Below, one piece after another: positions 1-15,580 of a stretch of DNA of 64,000 nucleotides. The stretch's first letter is position 1, and each line of letters opens with the position of its first letter. The notes beneath the pieces were generated by a model. The model was not told where the DNA came from. It saw nothing but the letters and a program-made list of their open reading frames with translations, and made no database searches. The stretch lies in assembly GCF_009914755.1 (NCBI RefSeq), contig NC_060927.1. One strand, 5' to 3'. This DNA comes from the human T2T-CHM13v2.0 reference genome, Homo sapiens. The position numbers were made by a program, and so were the translations under genes.

Positions 1-350
1 CAAGGGTCAATTGAGGGCGGCAAAGGGAAAGGGTCGAATTGGCCTCGGGTCGATTGTAATCCTCCAAGCGTGCTGTTTACTCTGAGACCTAACCGGGAAT
101 CCGAAGCGTTTGCCTGGGGCCTCTAAGGATGAGGATGGGGGCGGGGTGGGGATGGGGGTGGCAGGAAGAAGCCGGGGGCCGTCCCAAAGGGAAATTATTT
201 TAAAAGAGCGGTTGTAAACCGCAGGCAAGACGTTGTAGACCACTGGTGCAAGGAGGCCCCGTGACCCGGCCTCCCCAAGGGCCTAAGTGGACGCTGCTGT
301 CGAAAAAAATCATCTCAGACCTTCTCCATCTCCTTCTTCCGTCTCCTCCC
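1..350 (-). promoter_or_regulatory. CpG/GC-rich promoter edge, probably upstream region of TOP2B
   Basis: CpG density is far above the flanks; GC box GGGGCGGGG at ~138-146; ATTGG (CCAAT on minus) at ~38-42. The TOP2B assignment rests on recalled gene order (TOP2B lies ~54 kb beyond the NGLY1 3' end, same strand). No TOP2B exon is in the window. Confidence 0.55.
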
Positions 351-1419
351 CTCACCCCAAAAGAGCATATGGTCAGTTTCAAGAAAACTACATATGAAAA
401 GCTTAAATGATAAGGGACACACAGAGAATGTTCTAGGGAAAGAATGCAGGGTGGGTTGAGTGTTCTATTTCTACTCTTTGTTGACCTTTCTTCTCTGAAC
501 AATGCAGAGATGTCACTGTCACTTTTCTCATCTGTCCAGAACTGTGCCCCCTGCCTCTAAGAGGGCATGCTTAATTTTTAAAACTGTTTTCAGTGGAATT
601 TTCAAATGCACAGTAAGGAATAATTTCATTCACATTAAAGCTTTCTAAGAATGAAAATTACCAATACAGCAACATCACAGTCTTTGGCAGATGGAAGATG
701 GCTTTACTTCTTCCTGTTTTTCAGTGTAATTCCACTCAAGTATTTATTGGGCGCACACTCTGCCACGCTGTGCCAGGCTCTGCGATGGGTTCAAAGTAAA
801 AACAAGGCCCCTGATTTCAAACCATTTATAACCTGGCTTGTGAGACAGACTAAAAGGGAGCCAACGATCACCAAAATGAGTACTTGAAGGCATGAAGTGC
901 CACCAAAGAGTTGTGATGAAAGCTTTTTATAAAGATGAAAACAGTATTACTGTTTTTTGAAGAGGTGTTTTTGTGAACTTCCAACTGTGCATTTCCTCTC
1001 AAGGGAAAACAAAAATGTCTCAGGTCACATCTTTAAACTGCATTCTGAGTCTAGAGGTGGAGAACTCTGAAACATGGAAATAATTTAAACATAGTTTTTT
1101 TAATTAGCTCTCTGATGGCCATGTAACTTTGCCATACTAGGGACTTCAGAACAGTGAAGCCTTTCTTTACCTTGAACTTGGGGTGCAAACTTTTCTGAAC
1201 CTGACCAAGTATCCATAGCCTTGTTATTTAACTTCCCTGAGCCTCAGTTTAGTGCTTGTTAAAATGATCTTGTGTTCTTACTGTGAGTTTGCATCTCCAA
1301 GTACACATGTATTTTGTTTGAAAAGGGGTAATTTTAAAGGCAATGAGTTTTTTTTATGAAGATGTACTAGGTAGAAGCTAAGCTATAAAATACATAGCTG
1401 TCTCCTTTTTTAAACTTAA

Positions 1420-1745
<326 letters not shown>

Positions 1746-2073
1746 TAGGTTCAGATTTTGAAATGAATAAAACAATATATTCAAAACTCAAATAGATTAA
1801 TAAAAATAATGTTCTTTTCACTTGCCTCATATGTGAGGCATTGAGTCCTTTTGTCTTCTCAGTATGAAAAAGCCTTTTAATAAGTGTTACTAGTTTTAAG
1901 AAAATACTGACTTACCCAGAAGAATTGCAAATAAGAATTGCTGAATATACATGAAAATCAACATTTTTAAAGCAGAGATTTGTGATGAGTGGAAGACGGA
2001 ATCTAGATTAAAAGTATCTCAGCTTCTAAAGAATTGTCCTTTTTAACTGTGCAGCAGACTTAGCATATCTTTA

Positions 2074-2424
<351 letters not shown>

Positions 2425-2806
2425 CTACTTTGTATGTATATATTACATATAATGACTTAATTTCTACCCCACAGCAAGCACTGACCAAAAGGAAAAACTA
2501 GAAATTAGTCATTTCTATAAACTGTATAAAGGTCTTTATTTAATCAAGATTTCTGAGTAGCTTCCATAGGAGCTTATCCTAACTACTTCAGAATTTCTAT
2601 TTTTAGATCTTATATTTCCTTATTGTAGCAATGAAAAAAAAATTAAATGCCTACTGTGTTAGGTACTCAGGACCTGGGAATTTAAAAAGGTGATGAAGAC
2701 GCATTTTCTGCCTTAAGTTCACCCTTGAATTATAGTTTCAAGCTAATCATTTAATTGAAAAGCAATTTTATATTTATTCATTTGCTGTTTAATAAACAAT
2801 TTACCT

Positions 2807-3078
<272 letters not shown>

Positions 3079-4297
3079 TTACCTGATGAGCCACACCTAT
3101 CATCACACTTTATACACAGTAGGTAATTTAATCAGTAAGTAAATTATCCAAGAAAATAGCAACTCAAAACCATACTTCTAGGTATCTGCCAAAGTTTCAA
3201 TAGTTTCCATTTAAATGTTGTGTATCATTCCAACACTGAGATTCAGTTGGGAGGAGGAGGACAAATCTTTAACCTCGGGAGCATTTAAAGAAGCTAACAT
3301 TTGAATTCAAAATTCAATGTCTATAATTTCACCTCTCCCTTCTCATTGCATTAATTTTGTGGATCCTTACGATATACAAGGTTGCTGGACTAAGAAAAAT
3401 TTTTAATGTCTGGCCTATGGTAGACTCAGTAAGTGATTGCCTAGTTAATGACTATTGTATGTTTAAATGTAATTTAGTTTGTTATAGTTCTTTAGAAGTG
3501 AGCTCAAGGAAGAAAAGTTACTATCAATGTGACTTTTTGGTTTTCAGTATTTCTCTAGTAAATATTATAGTACATTATTAACTCTGCTTCTTCTAACTAT
3601 TTAATTGCTACAGTTTATAAGTATATTTTTACTTTTAAAATGATATTTAAGCACCAAAAGTAACAAGTGTTTGCGGATGGCTGAAGATATCAATGATCAT
3701 ATTCCTGAGTATTATTACCACTAGGAAGACAGACAGCAGGTAAAGTTCTTCAATTTCTACCTGCAATAATTACAGGGTACAGTATTTGTTTTGATTTTTT
3801 GTTTTGCAGGAGTTTGTTTAGATTGGTTTTGGTCAAATAAGCTACACTGATCTTCTGGTGACATTCTAATTATACAGACAGAAGGGACACTTTCACTTAT
3901 ATGATATAGCTCAATAATATTCAGGGTTCTCAGTAATTCAGGGTTCTCAATAATAATTCAGGGTTTTCATACAACGTGGAGAATAAAATTAGCATGTGTC
4001 TTAAGAAAGTTGCTCTTGGCCTTTGTAAAAATGTCTAATAATTGGATGGACTTTCAAAGATGCATCTTGTTTTGAGAAAATTCTGCTTTGGGGGACATTA
4101 GATGTTATCATGCACCTGCCCTTCACCAACAAGATACACAATCTATCATGTGTATTACTAAGTTGTATTTGAAGTTTCTGGTTGCCCACAGTCATCTGAT
4201 ATTGTTACTTCATAGGTTTATAAGACTCACATCTTAAAAAATGAGACAGCAGTGGCTTTCCCAACTCGACTGTTTTCATTTCAGAAGAGTAGGGAAT

Positions 4298-4343
4298 GGC
4301 CGGGCACAGTGGCACTTGTCTGTAATTCTAGCATTTTGGGAGG
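4298..4343 (+). mobile_element. Alu 5' fragment (~45 bp)
   Basis: ggccgggcacagtggc...tgtaattctagcattttgggagg, followed by A-rich sequence. Confidence 0.75.
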
Positions 4344-5320
4344 AACAAAACAAAAAAGGTACCTGCAAGTTATGTAAGGTGGTAATTAAAAATCAAAAAT
4401 TCGAAAAGATACCATCTTTTAGTATGCCAATTAATAACAGAAAATAGCAAATTATTTCTGTTTCTTAAGAATTAAGAGGTCAGCCCAGATGTCATATATA
4501 ACTAGTATCTTTATCTATCAGCTTTCCTCTTTGAGATGATTGTCAAAATGTGGAAAGATCCAGAAGGAGGCTGAGAAATGCAGACTCTTTAAGGAATATA
4601 TTTCCATTTTAAATGTTGTTTGGGAAAAGTAAAAGAGTAAGACTAGCCTATTCAATAAAGGGTATACCACACAGTGCTAGCTTGTCAAAGAGAGTGTCTG
4701 GCATACAGTTGGTGTTCAATAAATAATTGCTTTACAAAAGGATATGAGGTGTTATCAAGAAGCCTCCCTCAGAAAAATTTCATGCACCATCCATGGTGGT
4801 GCTGAAACTTGGCCATTTGAGATTCATTCTTCAGCATCCTTGAGTCTTTTGTGTTTTCAAGTATTATTGGTTGACTACCAGAGAGGGTAAAATACCTTAA
4901 ACTTTAATCTGCTAACTTTATCGGTTAACAGATGAAGAATTGGTTGAAGCATTGTGTCTCTTTAGTAGTGAGAAACAGGATGGTGTGAGGAGGGAAGGAA
5001 AAAAAGAAATTATTGGTACCAAAACAATTGAGGGAGAGGGGAGATGGAGAACAAAAGCATCAAACTGTGTGAAACTGAGTGGAGAAAAGAAACACTTTCT
5101 GGTCTGAAAGTAGATCAGCTGTAGCCTTGCCAGTGCTTATACTTTATTTCATTAAGAAGGAAAACCTCACTTATTGAGAACCCCGGTATCAATTTGTTAC
5201 AGTACTAGTCAGGCCCTTTCACACATACTAGCTTAATTAACTTCCAACAACCCTAAGAGAGGTAGTATCATCATTCTTATTTCAGTCAAGAAAATTAAAG
5301 CTCATAGAAAGTCACAGAGC

Positions 5321-5622
<302 letters not shown>

Positions 5623-5955
5623 TCACAGAGCTAAGTAGTGAAACTGAAATCCAAGCCCAAGTCTCTTACTCCAAACCTCACCCTTTTGTCATACTGCCAA
5701 GTTGGCTAACATACTTGGCAATATAGCATATTTGGCAATGTGTTAAAAAGCTGGCAATACTGGTGAATAATTCTAGCCATTGGCCCTCAGTAGAACCCTT
5801 CGGTTGTTAAATTGTATTGCTGAACTATGGTGACAAATGTCTATCATTTGTATGACTGACTAGATGTTTTCTTTGAAACTAGTCTGAATCTACTTTGTCT
5901 TACCTTGTTACCTTTGTCTTACCTTGTTCAAAAAGCAAAGCAAGTTGCTTTTTGA

Positions 5956-6398
<443 letters not shown>

Positions 6399-6945
6399 TA
6401 ACATTCAAATGCAGAGGGAAAAATACAGATGTACTATGGGATTCCACTCTTGGATTCACATTTTGGATAATTTCAAATTCACAATAGAAGATATTAAAGA
6501 TATCTTCAATTCAGAAGATCTAAAAGATATCTTCAATTCAGAAGATATTGAAAGCAGCATACAAATTTCTCAAAGTGTTTAGTTATACAGGGAAGACTTA
6601 TTTGTGAACACTCCATCTATTATATGAATTATTTGCCTTTTTGTAATCTATTTTTATGTGTTATATGTTTGCTTCTTCCATTCCAGCATTTAGTAAATCT
6701 TGTTTCTCAGTATGCTAGAACTTTGAAGTATAAATGAGTATTTTGGAAATTATAAGTTTCAGAAACCATACACACTACTGTATAGTACCCATGCACAAGG
6801 AATTCACAAAACCCACTAGCATTTTTAAAGCCTCCGAGCAGTCCTGCAGTAAGCAAGTCAAACTTATTTAGTCTTGATAGTCTTTTCAGGAATATCTATT
6901 AACATCCTTGGAATTCATGTTTTAATGTAAAGACTTTGGGAACTA

Positions 6946-7291
<346 letters not shown>

Positions 7292-7721
7292 TTAATTTAT
7301 ATGTTTAGCAACTATATCTCTGGTTGAAAGAAAAAGCAAAGAACAAATTGACCCACAATTCTGCCATTCAGGTAATTACTGTTAACAGTTTGGTGAATAT
7401 CTTTCTACTCCTTTTGCAAATTCTCAAAAACTTTTACTTTAAAAAAAGAAAACGGTAGGCTCTAATAAGTCATTTAAAATTAAAAAAGAATGCTATCCCA
7501 TTAGAATAGCAAAAATTTAAAAGACTGACTATACCAAATGTTAATGAGAACATAGAGCAACACAGACTCTCATACGCTGTTAGTATTATGGATCTTACCA
7601 CTGGATACCACTTTGGAAAACTCTTTCTCAGTATCTATTAAACCACTTTGGATAACTGTCTCTCAGTGTGTGCTAAAGCTAAACATTTACATATCTTATG
7701 AATCAGAAATTTAACTCACAG

Positions 7722-9753
7722 TGTTATGGGATCCTTGGGGTGTCGCTTCACCAGCCGGAAACCTCTGTGGTCAGTGGTGCCTTTGCCTGAGTTTTGCTCT
7801 GGCCCACTGGGCTTGTTCTGCCCACTTGGCCTGGCAGGCTGCACCCAGCTCACACTACTGGCCTGGATCTTATGCCTGCCAAGGGTGAGCCAGGCATGGA
7901 GTGGCAGGGGGTGTGTAAGCAAGCATGGGGGTCCGGCCACTGCACACAGCCAGGCTTGCTGGCTGTGGCAGAGCAGGCCGCCCCCAGGTGCCAGCAAGGG
8001 TGCTGTCTCCCTGCAAGGCTGCAGCTGGACCAGGCCTACCACAAGCAGCTTCCATGACTGGCACCAGGGAACACAGTGGTACCCAGAAACTTGGAAACAC
8101 CAGGCAGAGCCCTAAAGAGGGTATTACAGCCCTGGCTCAGGGAGCTCCTAGGTCTGGGGTCCCTGAAGGGCCACAGCTCTTGTCTCCTTCTCTTTTCTCT
8201 CCTTGTTGCTCACAATGTGGCAAGCAAGGGGCATGTTTCAGCCCTCTTTGTGTTGTAGCTCTTTTAGCCCCCCATTTGACAGGTCCCAAGTTCTTTTCCA
8301 ACATCCAAGAAGAATGAGGTATGCAGACAAGTGGAAGGTGAGCAAGATGAAGAGGAGCCTTCATGAGCGATAGAACAACTCAGAAGAGACTTGCAGTGGG
8401 TAGTTCCTCCCTGTAGCCAGCATGTCTGGATGAGTGTTCAGCTCTTAGAGATGATAACTCCTCTCTGCAGGCAGGTTGTTCCGACTGAGTGTTCAGCTCT
8501 CAGCAGAGAGGGTAGCTCTTCTCTGCAGCTGATGGTCCCATTGTCTCTTCAGCTCTCAGCAGAGAGGGTGACTCCTCTCTGCAGCTGGTCATCCCATTAT
8601 CTCTTTGGGTCCGGCTGAGTATGGGGCTTTTATGGGCATTAGAGGGGAGGAAGTTCATGCCAACTGGTCCACGGGCAGCCATTGGCAGGCCTGGAAAAAG
8701 CACAAGTTCCCACTCTGGTCCACAGGATCAGCAGCTCGGCCCCCAGGCTCCAGGCCTTCCCTGGCTTGAAGGTGGGGCTTCACCAGGGACCTACTTGTTT
8801 TCACCAAGTAGCCTGTCTGCCTCCTGCTGCTGTTCACGGCACCAAGGCTGATTGTGCTGAGGGGGCGCCTTCAGGCCAGCACCAAGCCACCCTCAGCAAC
8901 CCCTGGCCTCCCTCCCACACTTGTTGGCACCCAAAATCCAGAGGGGGCTGAGGCATCAGGGGGCTGGCATGTCAGCACTGCCTTGAGCATGCACACACCC
9001 AGCCAGGCTGCGACAGTGCCCGGGCTCAGCCTCAACTTTTCGCTGTGATCAGAGCAGGTGCCAAAAGTTGGGATAAGCCAGAGAGTAGGAGCAGGTACTT
9101 CCAAGCCTGGGGGGCATAAAAGGAGGGCCTTCCTGGGTCCCTGAGAGTACAGGGATGCCTCAGTCTACAGCCACGGCTTGAGTGGCTGCAGCTGTGCCTG
9201 GGAGGGCAGGGCTTCTGCCTGCTTCTGGTTCCCAAGAGCACAGGGGTTCCCAGGTTGTAGCCACAACTTGGGTGGCTGCAGTTGTGCCTGATGAGCTCCC
9301 TCACCACCATCTTAGAAGGAGCAAGGCTCCCACTTGTCCATGGCTCCCACTGGCTCCATGGAGTGCACAGCCCTGGCCACATTTTCCCCACAGCAACAGC
9401 AGGTGAGGTGCAGGTGATGCCACACCCTGGCCAACCGCACACAAACAAATTCGATGCTCTCAGCGCTGGCTCCGTAAGTCCCGGCTGCGCCTTCAGCCGG
9501 GTGCTTGAGGGCTCCCAAGACACAGCAAGGAGCGAGGTTGAGGCTGCAGCAGAGGCTCCAGGCCTGGAGTGGGTCCTGCCCAGCCATGTGAGGGTGGGGG
9601 TGGTATAGTCAGCTGCCTTGGGGATGTGGGGCACAGAGGTCCCACCACTGCCACTGCTGCTCCTGCAGCCACTCCTGCTGCCACCACCTGCACCTCCCCA
9701 CTGGGGCCAGCATGACGGCAGTGGCTGCTCCAGATGGCCCACTGCTGCCATCA
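7722..9753. mobile_element. MER52-family solo LTR (ERV1), ~2 kb
   Basis: TG...CA termini (tgttatgggatcc ... ctgctgccatca), GC-rich body, internal cagctctcagcagagaggg repeats at 8380-8590, 4-bp flanks acag/atag. Splits an L1M element. Confidence 0.85.
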
Positions 9754-10009
9754 ATAGGTATATACAAATAGAAATGCATACTTATGTACCAAGACACACA
9801 CAAGAACATATATAGCAACACTTCATGGCAGCCCCAAACTAGAAACAATCCAAATATCCATCAGTGATAGAATGGCTATATTTTATGTGTGTACAATGAA
9901 TATTGGTCAGCAATAAAAATGAGTGATCTACCACTACACTTAACATGTATGAGCCTCATAAATACAGTATCAACCTAAAGTCAAACATAAAAGAACACAT
10001 ACTATATGA

Positions 10010-10371
<362 letters not shown>

Positions 10372-11403
10372 ATTTTTATATAAAATTTTAAAACAGATAA
10401 AACTAATCTATAATATTATAAGTCAAGATGTAGTTACCTGTGGGAGGGAGACTCTGGGTGCTAATAATTTTTATTTGCTGAATTAGGTGGTGAATATATA
10501 TTTCGAGAATTCACTCAGCTACACACTTTCGAATTTTATACTTTTCATTATTTTAATAAAAAGTTTACCCAAAAAATGCTATATCTCCAACACTTGACAA
10601 AAATAAGAGTGTATAGAAAAACAAGATCATTAATGCCTCTGAGTCCATCAGTGATTCAGAAGATTCACACTCTGGATATAAAGTGGTAGGAATACTCTTA
10701 CCAGTGTTTTTCACTTTGGTTTTGCTTTTGATGTGTGCACAAAATGATATAAAATGAAATAGTTCTTTCAGTAAGCACAAAAGAAAACTCATATGTGATG
10801 GAAAAATGAATACTATCCCATCTGAAGCTATGCAGGTTCATTAATGAAATCTTGTAATTACCATGTTTACCTGTAAACCTTTACCTCCAAAACTCAATTT
10901 TCAGAAGTATAGAATTTTTATGACAAACAATAACATTTATTGGCTCCTATTATATGGGCACTGGGTTAACATATTGCTTGCATTATCTACTTTAATATTC
11001 ATAACAGCTGTATGAAATACGAATTTATTTTTAAAATTTTTCAAAATTATAAATATAATACCTTCTGGTTGAAAAAACACAATAAAAAAACTATGTCCAG
11101 TAAAACTTGCAAACACTTCTTTAAAATCTGCTTTCCCTATTGATGTCTCTGGTTAACAAGTAGGTAGGTTTCCTTCCAGATCCTTTATATGTATGTAGAA
11201 ACACACACATGCACACAGAAAAGAGATGAGTAATTAATGGGACCATATTATAAATACTGTTCTGTGTGTTGCTTTAGTTATTTTAACTGGCTGTCCTTGA
11301 AATCTTTTCTATGTCTGCATGTAGATCGCTCTCATTCTTATAATAACTGCAGTGATTAGTTTGCCATTTTACTTTAAAAGGGATTTCTCAAGCTCACTAT
11401 GAA

Positions 11404-11632
11404 CAGGCTCTCAACTAAGAGCACTATTGACTTTTCGGACTGGGTAATTTTTTAAAGACCTGTCCTATATATTGTGGGATGTTCACCAGCATTCCTGGCC
11501 TCTGCCCATTAGAAACCAGTAACGTATCACCACTGCTACCACCATCCCCATTGTGACAAACAAAAATGTCTCCAGACATTTTGTCCTTTGAGAAACAAAA
11601 GCCTTCTCTCGCACCACCGTCAAGAACCACTG
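11404..11632. mobile_element. MER20 hAT-type MITE
   Basis: cag...ctcaac start, agcattcctggcctctgccc, ttgtgacaaacaaaaatgtctccagacatt, ends agaaccactg. Confidence 0.8.
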
Positions 11633-12404
11633 TTGTAGAAGGATATGTGTGTTGTTATTTTCAACAATATAAAAGGGATTTGATGAACATCTTGGTATTA
11701 TTTATTATAAACCACATATTACAGATGAGAAAACTGAGGCTAGAAAGGTTGATCAGCCCAAAGTCCCACTGCTGTAAGTGGTAGAAGTGAAATTTGAACC
11801 CAGTTCTGTCTCCTCCAGAGTTTATGAGTTTAATCTCCTTTCCAGTTCTCTCATTTTACTACCCAGCAGGTGTAGAGACCACTCCAAAGGTGATAGTAAG
11901 AATGGTAAATATCAGTACTTGACGATAAGAACAAATGTTAAAGTATCTTAGCTCTGACAAACATCCTTTAGCTTCTGACACAGCTAAGAGTTAAAACTTC
12001 TCTGCTTTCTAAAAGTACCCATAGCAGAACAAGTCCTTTGTAATAAACATTTAAGTAAATAGAAAACTCCAAAATTTCCAAACAGAAAGCCAGTGTAGTA
12101 TCACCACAGTTAATATGTTTAACTATGACAAAGTGCCCTGAGCGCTAACCCAGTTTATAGTGATAACAGGTCCAAGGTCAGAGTTGCAGAGGTTCATGGG
12201 CAGGCAGCTTTGCTATCATCTTCATCTTTAATAAATATACATGTGTATCAAGCTCCTGTTCCACACAATAGCACACCATTAGTTCCTCATACTCCAATTG
12301 CTGGTCAAACGAGGCAAGCAACAGAGGGAGAGTGAAACAAAAGCCAAATTAACACAGCTGTTAATATCGATTACTTGCTATGCACCAGGTATTTAAGGTC
12401 TTTT

Positions 12405-12872
12405 GTGTCTGTTAATTCATTCCACAAATACTTATTAAACACCTACCATGTGTCATATGGGGCACCAGGTGCTACAGATGTAGAAGTAAACTAGAGAGAC
12501 CTAGAGCACACCTCTATGAAGCATGTGGAAAAAAGGCATTAAATAACTACTTGCATAAATAAATCATTGTGATTGGTGGGGAAAAACAATGAAGCAGGAG
12601 GTTGGAGGCTTTCCTGAGAAAATTATGTTAAGCTCTGAGGATGTATGAGTTAACATCTCAAGAATAGCAAGTTGCATGTATGACACTCTCAGGCTTGTTG
12701 GAGCATGGTGTAGTTGAAGTGACAGAAGACAACTACTGCTGGAAGAGAAGATGACCAAAGTCAAATGAAACAGGGCCTATTGGGTCAAATTAGGGGTTTT
12801 AATCTTTGGACCAAACAAACTAACATACATGCAGAAATACACAATGGCAAACTCTTGAAGAAATTTTTAAGC
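12405..12872 (-). mobile_element. L2 fragment
   Basis: ttcattccacaaatacttattaaacacctaccatgtg...ggctttcctgag...tttaagcagg. Confidence 0.6.
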
Positions 12873-12915
12873 AGGAGCAGGTTACGAGTACATGTGGAGT
12901 TTTGGTTTGTTTTGG

Positions 12916-13216
12916 TTTCTGGTTTTTTTTCTTTTGAGACAGAGTCTTGCTCTGTCGCCCAGGCTGGAGTCCAGGGGTGCATTCTCAGCTCACTGCAGCC
13001 TCCACCTCCGGGTTCAAGAGATTCTTCTGCCTCAGCCTCCCAAGTGGCTGGGATTACAGGCACGAGCCATCACACCCAGCTAATTTTTTCTATTTTGAGT
13101 AGAGCGGGTTTTCACCATGTTGGCCAGGCTGGTCTCGAACTCCTGACTTCAAATGATCTGCCTGCCTTGGCCTCCCAAAATGCTGGGATTACAGATGTGA
13201 GCCACCACACCCGGCC
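12916..13216 (-). mobile_element. AluS
   Basis: Full reverse dimer. Confidence 0.93.
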
Positions 13217-14295
13217 TGGAATTTTCTATTTTGTTTGCTCTAATATTCTTAATATTGTCTCATTCTTACAAAAGGGAAAAATCAGGGACCAAGTCTTAGA
13301 AATTAAACCAACTTGCCTACTACAATATATTCTTTTCTTTCACCACCAGAAAAATAAAATAATGTGGATCACAGTTATTGTAAGCCTCACAGAAGATATA
13401 TTACAATTGATTCCTTGTTTCCATTTTGTTTTTTAATTTTCACACCTGGTAAATGAAAATATTTCTCCTGATGAATAAGAGTGGTTGCTAGTAGAGCTCT
13501 AAGTACAAAAATTCCCAGTGATTCTAATATTAAGTCCAGGCAACCACAATTTCTTGGCTGTCTTTTTAAAATCTGTTTCCCTGAACACATCATCCATAAA
13601 TTCACTGCCTTGTTATTTTACCAGTGGTGATCTTTGTAATAGCTGAGCTGACCCTTCCCAGGAGGTCTCTGACAACCACATAATGATTGCTTCACTTGAT
13701 TGTGGACATCTGATAATACAGAATATAGTAAAAGGTTGAAGTGTTTCACTATTACCTTGGTCATGAATTTCTCCCAGGAATTTGTCATGCTGTACAATTC
13801 TTGCTTTTAATTAAACTATCTTCCACTCGTCTTTTTCACATTACATTTCTTGTTTGTTCATTTGTCTCCAGTAACCTCAAATGAAATTTTTCACAGCAGT
13901 TTTTAATTCCTTGGCCTCAATTTTTACAGACTTTGTTAAAAAATTATTTCAAAGTATAATTTATCTGGGTCTCTATAAAATGAAAGGGATTTAGATTTGG
14001 TATTCCCTTCTAGCTAAATATTTCTATGTTTTTTTAATCTTCCTGTTATTTGAATATAAGAGTAATAATTTGAAAAATATGACCAGTGAATTGCATTGGC
14101 CCTTCACAGTTTGTTTTGAGAACCTTTTTTTTCTTTAACTTGATAGCAAACATTTCATATTTTACCCACACTGTTAGCTTCTGAAAGAATGAATACAACC
14201 AGGCTTCTTTCAACAGCCCTAAATCCCTGAATGAGAGCCTCCATTGTTTACCAGTAGGGCTCAAAAATCAAATATTCTAGTTTAACAATTACAAG

Positions 14296-14742
14296 AGAGA
14301 GTGGGGGAGGGGGAGGGGTAAAGTGGGGGAGGGGGAGGGGAAAGTGGGGCGGGGAAAGTGAGGAGGGGAAAGGGGGAGGGGAAAAGGGGAGGGCGAGGGG
14401 AAAGGCGGAGGGCGAGGGGAAAGGGGGAGGGGAAAGGGGGAGGGCGAGGGGAAAGGGGGAGGGCGAGGGGAAAGGGGAAGGGCGAGGGGAAAGGGGGAGG
14501 GCGAGGGGAAAGGGGGAGGGCGAAGGGAAAGGGGGAGTACAGAGGAGGGGGAGTACAGAGGAGGGGGAGAGAGGAGGGGGAGAGAGGAGGGGGAGAGAGG
14601 AGGGGGAAGGGGGAAGAGAGGGGAGAAAAGAGTGGGGGTTGGAGAGAGAGCAGCAGGACAGGGGAAGAGAAGAGAGGGGCCAGGGAGAGAGGAGATAGGA
14701 GTTGGGGGGTGACAGGATAGAGGAGCGAGAGGAGGAGAGAGG
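14296..14742 (+). repeat. G/A-rich minisatellite and low-complexity purine tract
   Basis: Units of ~19 nt (aaagggggagggcgagggg) and ~13 nt (aaagggggagggg) at ~14300-14537, decaying into (GGAGA)-like sequence. Confidence 0.92.
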
Positions 14743-15251
14743 TGACTAGATCCATTTTGTGCTTGATTTGGGTAATGGCAAAAATGCCTTTTGCTGTTTA
14801 AAAAATTATTTTACCCTTTTATTAGAGCAGCCTCTTCAAAGGTCATGGGAGAAGAAGTCATGCTTCTAGGAGACTATTGTTTCACCTAATCTCAGTCATC
14901 CAGCATCTCTTGCCATTGGAGAGAGCTGAGCCTTCGGTCCCAACAAAAGTAATATCTGAGAGTTGGGACTGTGCAGACTCTGAATGAGCTGACTGTTCAT
15001 TTCAGTCCTCCTGAAGAAGAGATATATAGATTTTCTCTAGCCCTTAAAAGTCTCCTGTACACAGACAGGGTGAATTCTTCGTGAACTGATTTGTTTTCAT
15101 TTCTGAAGTTCCCTTGTTCTACCCCTTGATTGGTGTATGCTAAATTTTATTCATCAGTTTAGAACAAGTCACAAAATCATTTGCTAATAAACTCAAATAA
15201 TAGGAAGGTTAAGAATTAAAAAAACAAAAAAACAAAAAAAACCTGCCATAG

Positions 15252-15580
<329 letters not shown>

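Noticed and set aside
1-350. TOP2B exon 1 or MIR4442
   Set aside because: No TOP2B coding sequence or convincing hairpin is visible; they probably lie just left of the window.
3611-3745. Plus-strand exon-like segment ending CAG|GTAAAG (divergent lncRNA?)
   Set aside because: Splice-like motifs alone are common; no transcript evidence is available from the sequence.
7716-9848. Dense overlapping ORFs up to 240 aa
   Set aside because: All lie in the GC-rich MER52 LTR where stops are rare; no recognisable domain.
12765-13436. 223-aa ORF and many similar Alu-like ORFs
   Set aside because: Read-through of L2 plus antisense Alu; typical Alu-derived pseudo-peptides.
14282-14755. Pro-rich and Gly/Arg-rich ORFs
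   Set aside because: Translations of the G/A minisatellite.
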